Origin: Gammaproteobacteria bacterium | GTDB lineage: Bacteria > Pseudomonadota > Gammaproteobacteria > Eutrophobiales > Eutrophobiaceae | Assembly (NCBI GenBank): GCA_965215365.1 | Contig: CBDCDS010000003.1 | Coordinates: forward strand, 480,001 to 544,000 | Direction: 5' to 3' | Length of the DNA: 64,000 nucleotides | Shown here: positions 48,297 to 59,140 of the stretch, piece by piece | Layout: the number at the start of each line of letters is the position of its first letter | Numbering within the stretch: the stretch's first letter is position 1 | The notes under the pieces: model-generated | The model's input: only the letters and a program-made list of their open reading frames with translations | Told to the model about the DNA's origin: nothing | Databases searched by the model: none | Translations under genes and position numbers: made by a program

Positions 48297-49428
48297 TGTC
48301 CAGGTTCAATACATATGAGACTCAGAGGCAGGCTGTGTGAGTTGTTGATAATACTCCATTGGGGTTAATAAACCAATACCGTTATGCGGGCGGTAGGTAT
48401 TGTAGTATTGCTGATACTCTGCCAGTTTGCGGTTGATGGCGGCCACGGTCAGTGGACCCTCGTAGAACGGATAGAACTCATAGCGGCTGGTGGCGTTGGC
48501 GCGTTCTACACAGCCGTTGTATTCGGGTTTTTTCGGGGGCAGCACGTACAGGGGGATTCCTAAGTCCTGGCAAGCCTGCTCGAACTCATCTCGGAACTCC
48601 GAGCCGCCATCGACCTGGATAGAACGGATGGGAAACGGCGCCTCACCGAGCAGCGCTTTTAAGAAGCGCCGGGCATTGCCACTGGTGGCCCGACTGTAGG
48701 CTCGCAGCGCACTCCATTTGCTCACCGGACAGACGGCCTTGAACTCCTTCACCGTGATGCCGTCCGTGAAGCCGACACTCATGTGGTCTATCTGCATCAA
48801 CTCCCCTGGCGCCTTAGCCTTCATCCCGTAGCGCCAGCGCTTGGCATGATGGGTAAACGCCCGGCGGCGCTTAGGCTTCACCCGGCCATAGTAAAACGCC
48901 ACCGGCTTGACCCGACCCAGCCGCACCAGCTTCGCCACGATGCGCCCGACCGTACTCTCGCTCAAAGTCCAGCCCTGCTCGCGCACCCCCACCCGCCAGA
49001 GCTTACGCTTACCCCATAACGGATAACGTTGGCGAAGGTGCAAGACCTGCTGCTCGTGCTGGCGCGTCCATTGCGGCACACGCCGCCGCCGCGGCGCACG
49101 AGAGCCACACCCCAGACCCTTCAGCCCATGTTCACGATACCGCTTCAACCAACGGTAGTAGGTCGCCCTCGACCAACCTACTGCTGCCAGTGCCGTCGCC
49201 TCACCACACCCATCCTCGCGTAACGTCGCAACCAATTCCAACTGCTTCAAACGACCGCGCGCGTCAGCATCGGTAGTATCATCGACGCGCCAACTGCGAT
49301 ATGATTTCACCCGCAGGCTTTTGATCTGCATCGGGTAGTCCTCCTGTGTCAATTAGTTGAGATTAATTCACACACAGACTACCCGATTTCTTTATCTAAA
49401 GAGTCTCACTTGTTTCTGAACCCGGACA
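48297..49428 (-). mobile_element. IS481-family insertion sequence, copy 2 (1132 bp)
   Basis: Reverse complement of 17213-18344. Confidence 0.88.
48306..49331 (-). CDS. IS481-family DDE transposase
   Basis: Protein identical to 17310-18335. Confidence 0.9.
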   Translation of the reverse strand: MQIKSLRVKSYRSWRVDDTTDADARGRLKQLELVATLREDGCGEATALAAVGWSRATYYRWLKRYREHGLKGLGCGSRAPRRRRVPQWTRQHEQQVLHLRQRYPLWGKRKLWRVGVREQGWTLSESTVGRIVAKLVRLGRVKPVAFYYGRVKPKRRRAFTHHAKRWRYGMKAKAPGELMQIDHMSVGFTDGITVKEFKAVCPVSKWSALRAYSRATSGNARRFLKALLGEAPFPIRSIQVDGGSEFRDEFEQACQDLGIPLYVLPPKKPEYNGCVERANATSRYEFYPFYEGPLTVAAINRKLAEYQQYYNTYRPHNGIGLLTPMEYYQQLTQPASESHMY

Positions 49429-49789
49429 TCATGACATGCTGATCATGACCGAAGAAACCTTTGCGCCGATATTGCCGGTGATGGCCTTCGACACCGATGA
49501 GCAGGCTGTGGAACTGGCCAATGATACGATCTTCGGCCTGTCTGCGGCCGTGTTTGCCAACGAGGCCGAGCGCGCCCGGGGTATCGCCGCCAGACTGGAG
49601 GCCGGCGCAGTCAGTATTAACGACGCAGCTTTGACCAGCGTTATGCACGAAGGTGAGAAGCAGGCATTCAAGGCCTCCGGCATGGGCGGCTCACGCATGG
49701 GGCCGGCTTCCATCAACCGTTTTCTGCGGGCCAAGGCGCTGCTTGAGAATACTCAAGGGGCTTGGGACCCGTGGTGGTTCCCCACTTAG
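49429..49789 (+). pseudogene. Aldehyde dehydrogenase C-terminal fragment truncated at the IS end
   Basis: EETFAP, ANDTIFGLSAAVF, G.V.IND, FKASGMG; begins at IS boundary. Confidence 0.8.
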
Positions 49790-49802
49790 CGTTGTGCAAG
49801 CC

Positions 49803-50105
49803 TCACCACTGCCTACCGCCCACCCAGCTACCGACTACGCCTTTGAACTCCTGTATGCGGACTTCCTGCCAGAGACCGGCCTGGTAGTAGGGGTCGGCCT
49901 GGAGCATGGCGGTCGCCTCGGCAACACTGTCCACCTCGAAGATCAGCAAGCTGGCCACCGGCTCTGCACCAGCGGCTCCCATGACCGGCCCGGCCACCTT
50001 GATCCGGTCCTCAATGGTTTCAATATGCCGCAGATGCTCTTGCAACCCGCGCCGGCGGATGTCAGCGCCTCCTTGTACATCTTTGCAATAAACAGATACC
50101 AGCAT
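49803..50105 (-). CDS. YciI-family protein
   Basis: EHLRH...AGP...SLLIF...ADPY..AG. Confidence 0.8.
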   Translation of the reverse strand: MLVSVYCKDVQGGADIRRRGLQEHLRHIETIEDRIKVAGPVMGAAGAEPVASLLIFEVDSVAEATAMLQADPYYQAGLWQEVRIQEFKGVVGSWVGGRQW

Positions 50106-50121
50106 GATGCCCCCTGTCGAT

Positions 50122-50340
50122 TTATCTGTATTGGAAAAACAAGGCCGGACTGAGGTTAAATCGCTTGCTCAAGGCTTCAATGTGATCGCGTGTAAGACGA
50201 CGCTCACCGCGTAATATCCTGGATACCAGCGATTTGCTGCCAATTTCAGGCAGATCCGCCATGCCGAGTCGGTGTTGTTCCATAATGACTTTCAGCGTCG
50301 CTATGCCACTATCAAGCTTTTTAACTTGCTCATTAAACAA
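50122..50340 (-). pseudogene. HigA-type HTH antitoxin, C-terminal part
   Basis: LKVIMEQH...EIGSKSLVSRILRGERRLT..HI.ALSKRF; N-terminus missing. Confidence 0.65.
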
Positions 50341-50350
50341 CTTGAACTGA

Positions 50351-50548
50351 ATGCCGCCGAACCTGCGCCGGGCACACCAGACCCTCGACCGCGCCATAGA
50401 CCGCCTCTACCGTCACTCAGGCTTCGCCTCCGAACGCGAACGCGTCGAACACCTGTTCATGCTTTATGAGAAAATGCGGGTGCCGCCGGAAGTTAGTGTG
50501 AACGATAATTCGAAGCGGCATCGAGCAAGACATCCTTTAACAGAATAA
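50351..50548 (+). pseudogene. C-terminal fragment of an MmeI-like type IIL R-M enzyme
   Basis: MPPNLRRAHQTLDRAIDRLY...ERERVEHLFMLY. Confidence 0.7.
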
Positions 50549-50582
50549 GGCTACGATAAGGTAACCCCTAAAAAGGGGCATT

Positions 50583-50999
50583 TCATGCAACTCTCAATAT
50601 GCTTGACGAACCCGGGTCAATGGCGGCAAGCAGTTCATCGAATTTCTCTATCGTGGGAATACTTTTTCCGGTTTCATAACGGCCATAAGCATTGGGAGAT
50701 GACTGCCCCAGCCGGTCGGCGACCTGCCTGATGCTGAGGCCATTATCAACCCTCTTTTGCCGTAGGACCATAGCGAGTATCGGCCCTATCTTATTAGGAA
50801 TAACAAAAAAACTGTTATTTTGCCCCGGTTCGATAGTGACCTTGAACCCCTCAAGCTCGACAACGAGTTCAATGGCCTCTTGTGCCATTTCATAGGCTTC
50901 TTTTTTAGTTCTCCCCTGAGTAAATATGCCAATTTCGGGAATATCAACCCCCCATATCTTTTCACCTGCTTTTTTTTCCAGTTTTCCTTCAATCTTCAT
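50583..50999 (-). CDS. hicB: HicB-family antitoxin with C-terminal HTH
   Basis: P..GIFTQG.T..EA..MA.EAI; Xre HTH SIRQVADRLG...YGRYETGK. Confidence 0.8.
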   Translation of the reverse strand: MKIEGKLEKKAGEKIWGVDIPEIGIFTQGRTKKEAYEMAQEAIELVVELEGFKVTIEPGQNNSFFVIPNKIGPILAMVLRQKRVDNGLSIRQVADRLGQSSPNAYGRYETGKSIPTIEKFDELLAAIDPGSSSILRVA

Positions 51000-51186
51000 C
51001 AGCGCTACTCCCGATAATTTTTCTGACCTGATTAATGATAGCCCTTGCCGTGCCTTCCCTGATTTCCCGGTGTCTTGGGACGGGGAATTTATAACTTCCC
51101 TTGCCCCATATTTCATGCCTCCGGCCCTCTCTTTCAAGTTTGCACCCGAGCTTCCCAAGAACTTTTTCCAACTCTTTTTTCTTCAC
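50989..51186 (-). CDS. hicA: HicA-family mRNA interferase
   Basis: L..LG...REG.RHEIW...PVPRHREI..GTARAI. Confidence 0.85.
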   Translation of the reverse strand: MKKKELEKVLGKLGCKLEREGRRHEIWGKGSYKFPVPRHREIREGTARAIINQVRKIIGSSADED

Positions 51187-51332
51187 CGGGTGTTGTACAC
51201 AATATTGTGGATAAAGTCAATCGTTCGTTCGGGCCGCCCTTGATATCAGGCACCGCAACAGTCAGTCAGTTCAGGTTGTCACCAGTTCTGATGACATCGC
51301 GATGTCTGCATGGAGTTATTGCCTGAACATCT

Positions 51333-51698
51333 TCACGCGACCAATTTCATGTGTGCATCAATCACATCCCAAGGCACCTGTAATTCTCCTTTGGTGCCTC
51401 TTTCCAACAAGCCAACTTGTTCAAGCGCGCGGACATCGGCGTGAACGTTTTTATAGTCACGCTTGAGTTTTTTGGACAAGGCGCGGATGCTGCACAGGCT
51501 TTGCTGGCGTAACGTTTGCAGGACTTCCAGTCGCTTGGGTGACAATATGGACAAGAACATGGGCAAGTCCTCAAAATTCAGATGTATCTCTGGCTCTGTT
51601 ATCTGACCTTGCCGCGCGCGTTCCCATACCTCCACAAACCGTTCAAACCCGCGCCTGGGATCTTCTATGCCAACATGAATATGCTGTTTACGTATCAT
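51333..51698 (-). CDS. HTH antitoxin partner of DUF6516
   Basis: LSPKRLEVL...SIRALSK.LKRDYKNVHADV..LEQVGL. Confidence 0.75.
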   Translation of the reverse strand: MIRKQHIHVGIEDPRRGFERFVEVWERARQGQITEPEIHLNFEDLPMFLSILSPKRLEVLQTLRQQSLCSIRALSKKLKRDYKNVHADVRALEQVGLLERGTKGELQVPWDVIDAHMKLVA

Positions 51699-51981
51699 TT
51701 TCACCCCGTAGCTTTTCAATGTCAGCCATGAAGTCAACCACCAACTGCGTTATTGACACCCATTCATACATTTCTTCCCGCTCGTGATAATGGCGATGGT
51801 CTCCTTTTCCGCGCTCATTGTCATATCGAACCAGACACCTGCTAGGGTAGCCATAGAACAACCGATATTTCAATCCGTGCGGACGCTGGGAATCAGCTTC
51901 CACCAATTGCCATATCACCATCTCACGGATCGCGCCATCCTGATAGATATATTTATCCCGATAGAGTAATACCGCATCCAT
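51688..51981 (-). CDS. DUF6516 (TumE-like) toxin
   Basis: EMVIW, HGLKYRLFY, RYDNERGKGDHRH. Confidence 0.78.
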   Translation of the reverse strand: MDAVLLYRDKYIYQDGAIREMVIWQLVEADSQRPHGLKYRLFYGYPSRCLVRYDNERGKGDHRHYHEREEMYEWVSITQLVVDFMADIEKLRGENDT

Positions 51982-52160
51982 GTGGCTTAATATACCATAT
52001 AGCCGCAGACTAGGACAACTTGCCACTGACTGATGAACAAAGGACTGAGCTTGATCTACGTTTAAGCAGATAAAATCCAAGGCCGTGAAGCAGGTGATGT
52101 CGTAGCGGAAATAAAGCAAATAAAACAGACAAACGCTACTGAATAGAGTAGCATTTACCC

Positions 52161-52355
52161 ATGGGACGGGAAAAAAGGGACGGATACATTATTGAATGGT
52201 GGATTGGCGACCATTCTCCAAAACATGTGCATGTTTACAAGGACAGGCGGCAAGTAGCAAAAATAGTTGTCCCTGACATGAGGGTGTTAGGTGGAAAAGT
52301 AAACCGTAAATTGAGGAAAGTTATAGAGGAACTCATTGCGGAAGGCAAAATATGA
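52161..52355 (+). CDS. DUF4160-like toxin
   Basis: DH.PKHVHV motif, 64 aa. Confidence 0.65.
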   Translation: MGREKRDGYIIEWWIGDHSPKHVHVYKDRRQVAKIVVPDMRVLGGKVNRKLRKVIEELIAEGKI

Positions 52356-52801
52356 AATTCAAATCAGCTACCTTCTCCAACAGGAAAAAAGAAATTCACA
52401 TCGTTTATGCCTCGGGCAAAAAAGTGGTGGTCCATTATGGGTCCCTCGGCATTGCCGACCCGATAGCACAAATCCAGGTGGACGAGGAGACTTCAGGTAG
52501 AACCCTGAAAATTGAATTTGCCAATGGAAAAACGGATTACGTGCCTTACGATCAGCCTCTGTTTCTTGTGAAGGATCCTGAATACATGCTGCGCGACCAT
52601 ATTGAGAACATTGTTGCGCGAATTAACGAGGAAATGGACCGAAAAAAAATTTCCAGGAAATATCTGGCGCAACAGTTGAAGACCTCAGATAACCATATCC
52701 AAAGGCTGTTCAACCCCCGGCTCAGGAATAAAAATCTGCCCCAGTTGTATAAACTGGCGGCGCTGCTTGGTCTTGAATTTGAGATTTTCGTGAAGGTTTA
52801 G
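52352..52801 (+). CDS. Antitoxin-like protein with C-terminal HTH
   Basis: ATGA overlap with previous gene; SRKYLAQQLKTS...IQRL. Confidence 0.6.
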   Translation: MKFKSATFSNRKKEIHIVYASGKKVVVHYGSLGIADPIAQIQVDEETSGRTLKIEFANGKTDYVPYDQPLFLVKDPEYMLRDHIENIVARINEEMDRKKISRKYLAQQLKTSDNHIQRLFNPRLRNKNLPQLYKLAALLGLEFEIFVKV

Positions 52802-53215
52802 ATCAAGCACTAAACCGGCGAAGTCGGGATAAAAACCAATCGGCCACTGTACGGGGCCTTCTCGTTGGTGAATTTCCGGGATTTACTCGCTTGTCTGCGT
52901 GTTTGAGGGGTTAATCACCGTCAACGGATCGCCGATCAGGTTCTGCCCCGGGTTGCGTCTTTCCTTGCCGTTGCGCCCGCCTGCCCGGCCATGAGTGCCA
53001 GCACGATCGCCGCAATCAGATATTTCATGATTCTCTCCATTCGTTCACGTCGCCAAAGCCGCCTGATGAAAGTCCGTGCCATCAGGATCGCGCCATGATC
53101 CGTCGAAATGAACCTCGTAATCGGTGAATAATGAGTGTTTCATATCGCTTTTCCGTGTCCAACAAATGTGCATCAATAATCGAATTAATTCAGTGATTTG
53201 CGCCAGTGCCTGGCA

Positions 53216-53809
53216 CTAGCATGTGGGCTTCCATTGGGTATATCCCATGTCGAGGTATCGTTGGGGGAGCGTATCGTCATCCGTAACCTCGATTATTAAG
53301 TCAAGTTGGTCAGTGAGATTCAGGTCGCCGGGACCAATGTTGGTAATCCGCGTTGAAATAGTCATCCGTTGCACCGTGGCCCCCACATTGCGGCAGTTAT
53401 TGTCCTTGCTGGAGATATTGAATTCGATCTCACAGCCACTGCTCTCCAGACATTTGCCGGTCATCTCATCACCATCACCGAAACCGTCTCTTTCCGAATA
53501 CCCACCTCGAAAATCCACGGTGTCAATGCGATGCCCGCTCGGTTTGATGATGCTGATGGACGGCCGTGCGCCAGTGGAAAGACTAGTGCATTTGTACGTC
53601 AGCGGGAAACTAACGAAGTGGCCCTCCTCGGGGCTCAGCTTGTTTCCCTGAAAACTGTAGGTTCCCTCCCCCGACCAGACGTTACCGACAGTGATGCTGC
53701 ACTCCGTCTGCGTCTGCGCTAAGGCCGGCGCGGTCAGCGTCAGGGCCACCAGCGCGGCGGCGAGTGTCGTCAGAATGGATATTGTGAAAATTGAAAGCGT
53801 ATGTTTCAT
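53216..53809 (-). CDS. Hypothetical secreted beta-rich, Cys-containing protein
   Basis: Signal peptide ending ALA-Q; GGAG RBS; IEVTDDD near the C-terminus. Confidence 0.65.
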   Translation of the reverse strand: MKHTLSIFTISILTTLAAALVALTLTAPALAQTQTECSITVGNVWSGEGTYSFQGNKLSPEEGHFVSFPLTYKCTSLSTGARPSISIIKPSGHRIDTVDFRGGYSERDGFGDGDEMTGKCLESSGCEIEFNISSKDNNCRNVGATVQRMTISTRITNIGPGDLNLTDQLDLIIEVTDDDTLPQRYLDMGYTQWKPTC

Positions 53810-53850
53810 GATTTGCTCCTCTGGTTAATGGTCATAAGTATAAGCGCAAT

Positions 53851-54010
53851 TCATTCGAATGTCAAATCGATCCGGTTTTCATCGAGCACTTGGGTCTGCA
53901 GGACGTGCGGCAGGGCTTTGAGCCAGGCGCCGACGATGTAGTGCAGGCCGGCGCCCTCTAAGGCGCTGAGGTTATCCTCGCTCAGGATACCCCGGTCGGC
54001 GACGAGCACC
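53851..54010 (-). pseudogene. IS1634-like transposase fragment
   Basis: VLVADRGILSEDNL..L...GLHYIVGA. Confidence 0.6.
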
Positions 54011-54087
54011 GCGTCCTCGACCGGCTGATACACAACGCACACCGATTGACATTAACGGGCGAATCCATGCGCAAAAAGCAAAAGCTT

Positions 54088-54230
54088 TGTCCGGGTTCAG
54101 AAACAAGTGAGACTCTTTAGATAAAGAAATCGGGTAGTTAAGTGTGTGAATTAATCTCAACTAATTGACACAGGAGGACTACCCGATGCAGATCAAAAGG
54201 TAAGCGGGTGAAATCATATCGCAGTTGGCG
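54088..54230 (+). mobile_element. Truncated left end of the IS481-family element
   Basis: Matches ~17213-17353 with an early TAA in the transposase start. Confidence 0.82.
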
Positions 54231-54402
54231 GACTTTTTAACAGGTAAACGGTTTCCATCAACCCGTTGAAATGATCGAGTGACATGACCACGGCATCCTC
54301 AGCATCCCTGCGCGTAATGATGGTACAATCGGAGTCTTCAGCGACTTGATCGAGGACTTTTTTGAACTGATTCCTTGCTTCGGAAAAATTGATGACGCGC
54401 AT
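54214..54402 (-). pseudogene. YefM antitoxin truncated by IS fragment
   Basis: MRVINFSEARNQFKKVLDQV...ETVYLLKSP then IS sequence; no yoeB. Confidence 0.75.
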
Positions 54403-54557
54403 TAAATATCACCATACTTGTACTTTATATAGGTCAAGTATAGCCCTTGATATTGCATGCTGCAACAGTCAGTCAGTTTAAGAAGGCCGCCTGAGCGGTT
54501 GACAACAACCAGTCTTGGACTTAATATTTTGCATTTTGAATGCAAAATATTAAGTCA

Positions 54558-55790
54558 ATGAAGAGTAACCATACCTCTTATATCGAGCGCTCGCTGGAGC
54601 CGGTGTTACGTCAGGCCGCCGCCGAGTTTCCCGCTGTAGTCCTGACCGGGCCGCGCCAGTCCGGCAAAACCACGCTGTTGCGACACCTGTTCGGGGAGGA
54701 TTACCGGTATGTCTCTCTGGAACCACCGGATATTCGGCTGGCCGCTACTGATGACCCGCGCGCCTTCCTGGAAATGTACCGTCCGCCGGTCATCTTCGAT
54801 GAAGTGCAGTACGTGCCAAACCTGCTGCCGTATATCAAGGAGAAGATAGACGGCGACCGGCACAAGAGCGGTCAATACCTGCTCACCGGCTCACAGAACC
54901 TGCTGCTGGCGGAAAAGGTGACCGAGTCGCTGGCCGGGCGCGCGGCCATGTTGCGCCTGTGGCCCTTGTCGCGCCGGGAAAGGGAGGGTAATCCGCAGCT
55001 TGGCTTGCCCTGGGAATCCGGATGGAATCGGTCCCCTAAAGTGTCAGACGCGTTCGGCAGTCTGTGGCGGGCATTGCTGAGAGGCGGTTACCCAGAACCG
55101 GTGACACAGCCGCGCCGGAACCTCCGGTTATGGCATGCCAGTTATATCCAGACCTACCTGGAACGCGATGTGCGGACACTCAGGCAGGTGGGCGACCTGA
55201 CGCAATACCAGAATTTTCTGCGGGTACTGGCGGCGCGCAGCGCGCAACTCCTGAACCTGAGTGATGTCGCCCGCGACCTGGGCGTTGCAGTGAATACCAT
55301 CAAGGCCTGGCTCTCCGTGCTCGAAGCGACCTACCAGATTATCGTCCTGCGTCCCTACTTCGCCAACGTTGGCAAACGGCTTGTCAAAACCGCTAAAGTA
55401 TATTTCACGGACACCGGAATTCTCTGCCACTTAGCGGGCCTCAAAGACCCCGACCATGCGGCTGCCGGACCCATGGGCGGCGCCATCCTGGAAACGGCAG
55501 TGCTGATGGAACTTATCAAGACGCTGACCCACCGGGGCGCCGACCCGCAACTCTACTTCTGGCGAACCAGCGCCGGGACGGAGGTGGACTTTGTGGTGGC
55601 AGAGGGCGAAAAACTGGTGCCTGTTGAAGTCAAGCTGTCAGCCTCACCCCGCCCGGCAATGGGCTCTGCCATCGGGATTTTTCATGACGATTTCAGGAAC
55701 ACCGCACTCCCGGGATACGTAGTACACCCGGGAGACGCGTGTTTCCCCCTGCGCTCAGGTGTGACCGCGCTGCCGTTTGCTTATTTGTGA
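54558..55790 (+). CDS. AAA_14 ATPase with DUF4143
   Basis: GPRQSGKTT, DEVQ, LTGS, ESLAGR, GGYP, YLERD, EVDF..VEVK. Confidence 0.85.
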   Translation: MKSNHTSYIERSLEPVLRQAAAEFPAVVLTGPRQSGKTTLLRHLFGEDYRYVSLEPPDIRLAATDDPRAFLEMYRPPVIFDEVQYVPNLLPYIKEKIDGDRHKSGQYLLTGSQNLLLAEKVTESLAGRAAMLRLWPLSRREREGNPQLGLPWESGWNRSPKVSDAFGSLWRALLRGGYPEPVTQPRRNLRLWHASYIQTYLERDVRTLRQVGDLTQYQNFLRVLAARSAQLLNLSDVARDLGVAVNTIKAWLSVLEATYQIIVLRPYFANVGKRLVKTAKVYFTDTGILCHLAGLKDPDHAAAGPMGGAILETAVLMELIKTLTHRGADPQLYFWRTSAGTEVDFVVAEGEKLVPVEVKLSASPRPAMGSAIGIFHDDFRNTALPGYVVHPGDACFPLRSGVTALPFAYL

Positions 55791-56954
55791 TTCAGGGTGA
55801 CACTCAGTCATGAGCATCAGGTCATAATTTTTTGTAATAATCCCGGATTTTAACAGACATCATTTTTCTACGCGCTTGCAGAAATTCATCGAAACCATCG
55901 ATACGTAAATCAGTGTCTTGCTGAGGGATGCAATGCTGTGCAAGGTTATCCCGCAGGTTATCAGCATTTTTTATGCTGCCGTAGCAGGTTTTCCCAGTCT
56001 TGCATTGCTCCCACAATCGCTCGAAGTAAACCGCTGGTTCCGTGTCCCCGATGGCAATGTTGATCTCACCCTGCATCACAACATAATTGGCAATCTGGTT
56101 GTAGCGACCACGCTGTAAACCTTCTTTCTTCAGATAGTTCTTTGGAAAAATATGATGGATATGTGCTTGACCTTCCAAGAGATCGCGCACGCAGATGTCA
56201 CTCGAGAGAAAACCTCTATCATTGGCCTTCACCTGACTGGCCAGAAAAACATTGTAATACGGGCTGCTCGCCACCGATGTATCCATTTGCTGTGGCAATC
56301 CCACATCCCAGAAGGCATCCGAAAGCTCCGCTTGCTCCAACATATCAAGGTAAGAGGGTGCGCCCTGCTCATCAATATAGCGAATATCCTCACCGAATGC
56401 GGTTTCCGGAGAGCCGGTATATCTGGCAGTCAATACCGACATCACAAACCAGCGACGAACTAAAGTCTCAGGTTCTACACCCTGAGCACGCAACGTCAGA
56501 TAGAGAATATAAGCAAAATTAACCGTGTTCTGTGACCTTATCATTGGAGCATTTACAAACCCCGCAGAGCGAAGGATCATAATAAAGCGTTTGAAGTGGG
56601 TTTCGTTCATGTAACGTTTGACCGCTTCTCCCAGCTTAAAGAAACTGTTTTCTGCGATGACTTCTTCAAATGTGCGTGTCTCAAAGTTACGGCCTGATAA
56701 TAATGCGACCAGATCCTCTAGGCGCCCGCGCTTAAATTCCGAAGTAAACGCCACGCGGAGCATGTCTGTATAAGAGGGGTCATACAAATCTTCTTTCTCA
56801 TCCTTCAGCCACTTCATTGCCTGAAAATAATCCGTTCTGACGAAATCCTGATCCTTTGATAGTTGGTAACTACTCGCCCCCTCCCTCTAATTCTACTGAA
56901 TTTTTTGTCAAGGCGTCCTTGACAACATAGCGTCATGGCGTTATGTTGGTCGTC

Positions 56955-57635
56955 ATGGGGAATGCGTACCGAGGGTCGAAAGCCACGACGGGTCTGTGCC
57001 AGCCGCTCATTGCGATGATGCCGCCGCACAGTGTGTACATTGAGACACACTTAGGCGGCGGGGCGATTATGCAGCGCAAGCCGGCGGCGTTGCGCAACAT
57101 TGGGATTGATCTTGATGTGCGGGCGTTGGCGGGGTTTACGTGTAGGTATCCGGTGGAGTTGGTGCAGGGGTGTTGTCACCGCTGGTTGGCGACTTTTCCG
57201 TTTGACGGCACGGAGTTGGTGTACAGCGACCCGCCCTACCTGCACAGCACGCGCAAGTCACGGCACCGTTACCGGTATGACTACGAGGACTCAGACCATG
57301 AGGCGCTGCTGGCGTTACTGCAGGGGCTGCCCTGTGCGGTGATGGTGTCGGGGTATCCTTCGGCCTTGTATGATGAGGTGCTGGCGGGCTGGCGCAGTGT
57401 GTCCTTGCAGGTGATGAATCAGGGCGGGGTGGTGACCGAGCGGGTCTGGTTCAATTTTGTGCCGGACCGGGTGCACTGGGTGCGCTATGCGGGGCGCAAC
57501 TTCACGCACCGCCAGCAGGTCAAGCGCAAGGCTGAGAACTGGGGGCGGCGTTATCGTGACTTGCCCCCGGCCGAGCGGCTGGCGGTGCTGGCGGCGATGA
57601 TGGCGGTGGAGGCACAGTGCACATGGCCACGGTGA
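56955..57635 (+). CDS. Small Dam-like (D12 class) DNA adenine methyltransferase
   Basis: Y.GSK, YIETHLGGGAI (motif I), YSDPPY (motif IV), MVSGY, E.VWFNF. Confidence 0.82.
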   Translation: MGNAYRGSKATTGLCQPLIAMMPPHSVYIETHLGGGAIMQRKPAALRNIGIDLDVRALAGFTCRYPVELVQGCCHRWLATFPFDGTELVYSDPPYLHSTRKSRHRYRYDYEDSDHEALLALLQGLPCAVMVSGYPSALYDEVLAGWRSVSLQVMNQGGVVTERVWFNFVPDRVHWVRYAGRNFTHRQQVKRKAENWGRRYRDLPPAERLAVLAAMMAVEAQCTWPR

Positions 57636-59140
57636 ACAAGGCCTCATTGCGTGCGGAGTTCGAGGCCATCCGAATGCGTTTTAAGGCGTTGTGCGCCGAC
57701 GGCGCGCTGAGTCCCGAAGGGCGTGCGCTGTTCGAGTCGATGTTGCTGCTATTCGAGTTGCTGCTGGCGGTGTTCTTAGAGAAGACCACACCGAAGGGGG
57801 CGCACAACTCCAGCCTGCCCAGTTCCCGCACCGACCCCGATGACAGTGCGCGCACACGGCCCGGCAAGCAGGGCAAGGGGCCGCAGACCGGGACGGTGCC
57901 CAGCGCGTCCCGGCGCGTGGTGGCTCAGACCCGCACGGTGCCCGTGACCGGCTGCCGGGCCTGCGGGCATGATCTCAAAGGCACCGCCCCCACCGGCCAT
58001 GTGCGACGAGTCAAGGTCGATATAGTCTTCGAGACGACCGAGTTGACCATTGACGCCGAGATAAAAACCTGTCCGCGCTGTGGCACTGAGACCCACGGGG
58101 CGTTTCCCGATGACATGCCGGGGCCTTTACAATACGGCCCTGGCATCGTGGCTTTCGCCACGCACCTGTTAACGGCCCAAATGCTCTCGCTCAAACGTAC
58201 GGCGCAGACACTTCATGCACTGACCGGGCGCGCCGTCGCCGAGGCGACCTTACTGGCCTGGCTCACGCGGGTGCATGAGGCCCTGGCCGGGTGGGAGCGG
58301 GCGGCTATCGCCCGCCTGCTCACAGAGCCCGTGCTGCACGCCGATGAGACCTCCTTGCGCATCGACCGCACACAACACTGGCTGCACAGCACCAGTGCCG
58401 GGAACCTGGTACTGAAACACTGCCACCGCAAGCGGGGCGGGGACGCCCTCAAGGACATCGGCATCGTCCCCCGCTACGGCGGTGTTCTCGTGCACGACCG
58501 CTGGGCCAGCTACTTCGCCTATGACAACTGCGAGCATGCCCTGTGCGGCAGTCACCTGTTGCGTAACTTGGCCTTTATCGAGGACGCCCACGGCCATGCC
58601 TGGGCCCAACGTATGAGCCGCCTCCTGCTCAAGACCTGCCGACAGGTGCGCACACATAAAAACAAGGCACTCAGCGAGACCGACTACCAGTCCCTGCGCA
58701 CCCGCTACCGGACTATCCTGACACAAGCCAAACGGGAACTCCCCACACCCCCGAAACGGCTCACCGGCCAACGCGGACGGATTGCCCAATGTGAGGCACA
58801 AAACCTCCATGATGCCCTCGTCAAGTACGAAACCGAAGTCCTCCGCTTCGCCCGCGACCCCAACGTGCCGTTCACCAACAACCGCGCCGAACGCGATATC
58901 CGTATGGCTAAAGTCAAACAAAAAGTCTCCGGCTGCTTCCGAACCACCGCCTACGCCGACACCTACTGCCGCATCTCCAGCTACTTGCAGTCTATGACCC
59001 TGAAGGGCTACAATCCCCTCGCCGCCATCGAGATAGCACTCAAGGGAGACGCCGCCACCATGGTGGAAAAACCGCTCAAAAATAAAACGGTTAAGAAAAA
59101 CCAGATCAGAACAAGAGATCAGGGTAAGGGGGGCGAGTAG
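57623..59140 (+). CDS. IS66-family transposase (TnpC)
   Basis: NSSLPSS, CRAC/CPRC zinc finger, LHADET, LVHD, C.SHLLR, TNNRAERDIR. Confidence 0.92.
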   Translation: MATVNKASLRAEFEAIRMRFKALCADGALSPEGRALFESMLLLFELLLAVFLEKTTPKGAHNSSLPSSRTDPDDSARTRPGKQGKGPQTGTVPSASRRVVAQTRTVPVTGCRACGHDLKGTAPTGHVRRVKVDIVFETTELTIDAEIKTCPRCGTETHGAFPDDMPGPLQYGPGIVAFATHLLTAQMLSLKRTAQTLHALTGRAVAEATLLAWLTRVHEALAGWERAAIARLLTEPVLHADETSLRIDRTQHWLHSTSAGNLVLKHCHRKRGGDALKDIGIVPRYGGVLVHDRWASYFAYDNCEHALCGSHLLRNLAFIEDAHGHAWAQRMSRLLLKTCRQVRTHKNKALSETDYQSLRTRYRTILTQAKRELPTPPKRLTGQRGRIAQCEAQNLHDALVKYETEVLRFARDPNVPFTNNRAERDIRMAKVKQKVSGCFRTTAYADTYCRISSYLQSMTLKGYNPLAAIEIALKGDAATMVEKPLKNKTVKKNQIRTRDQGKGGE

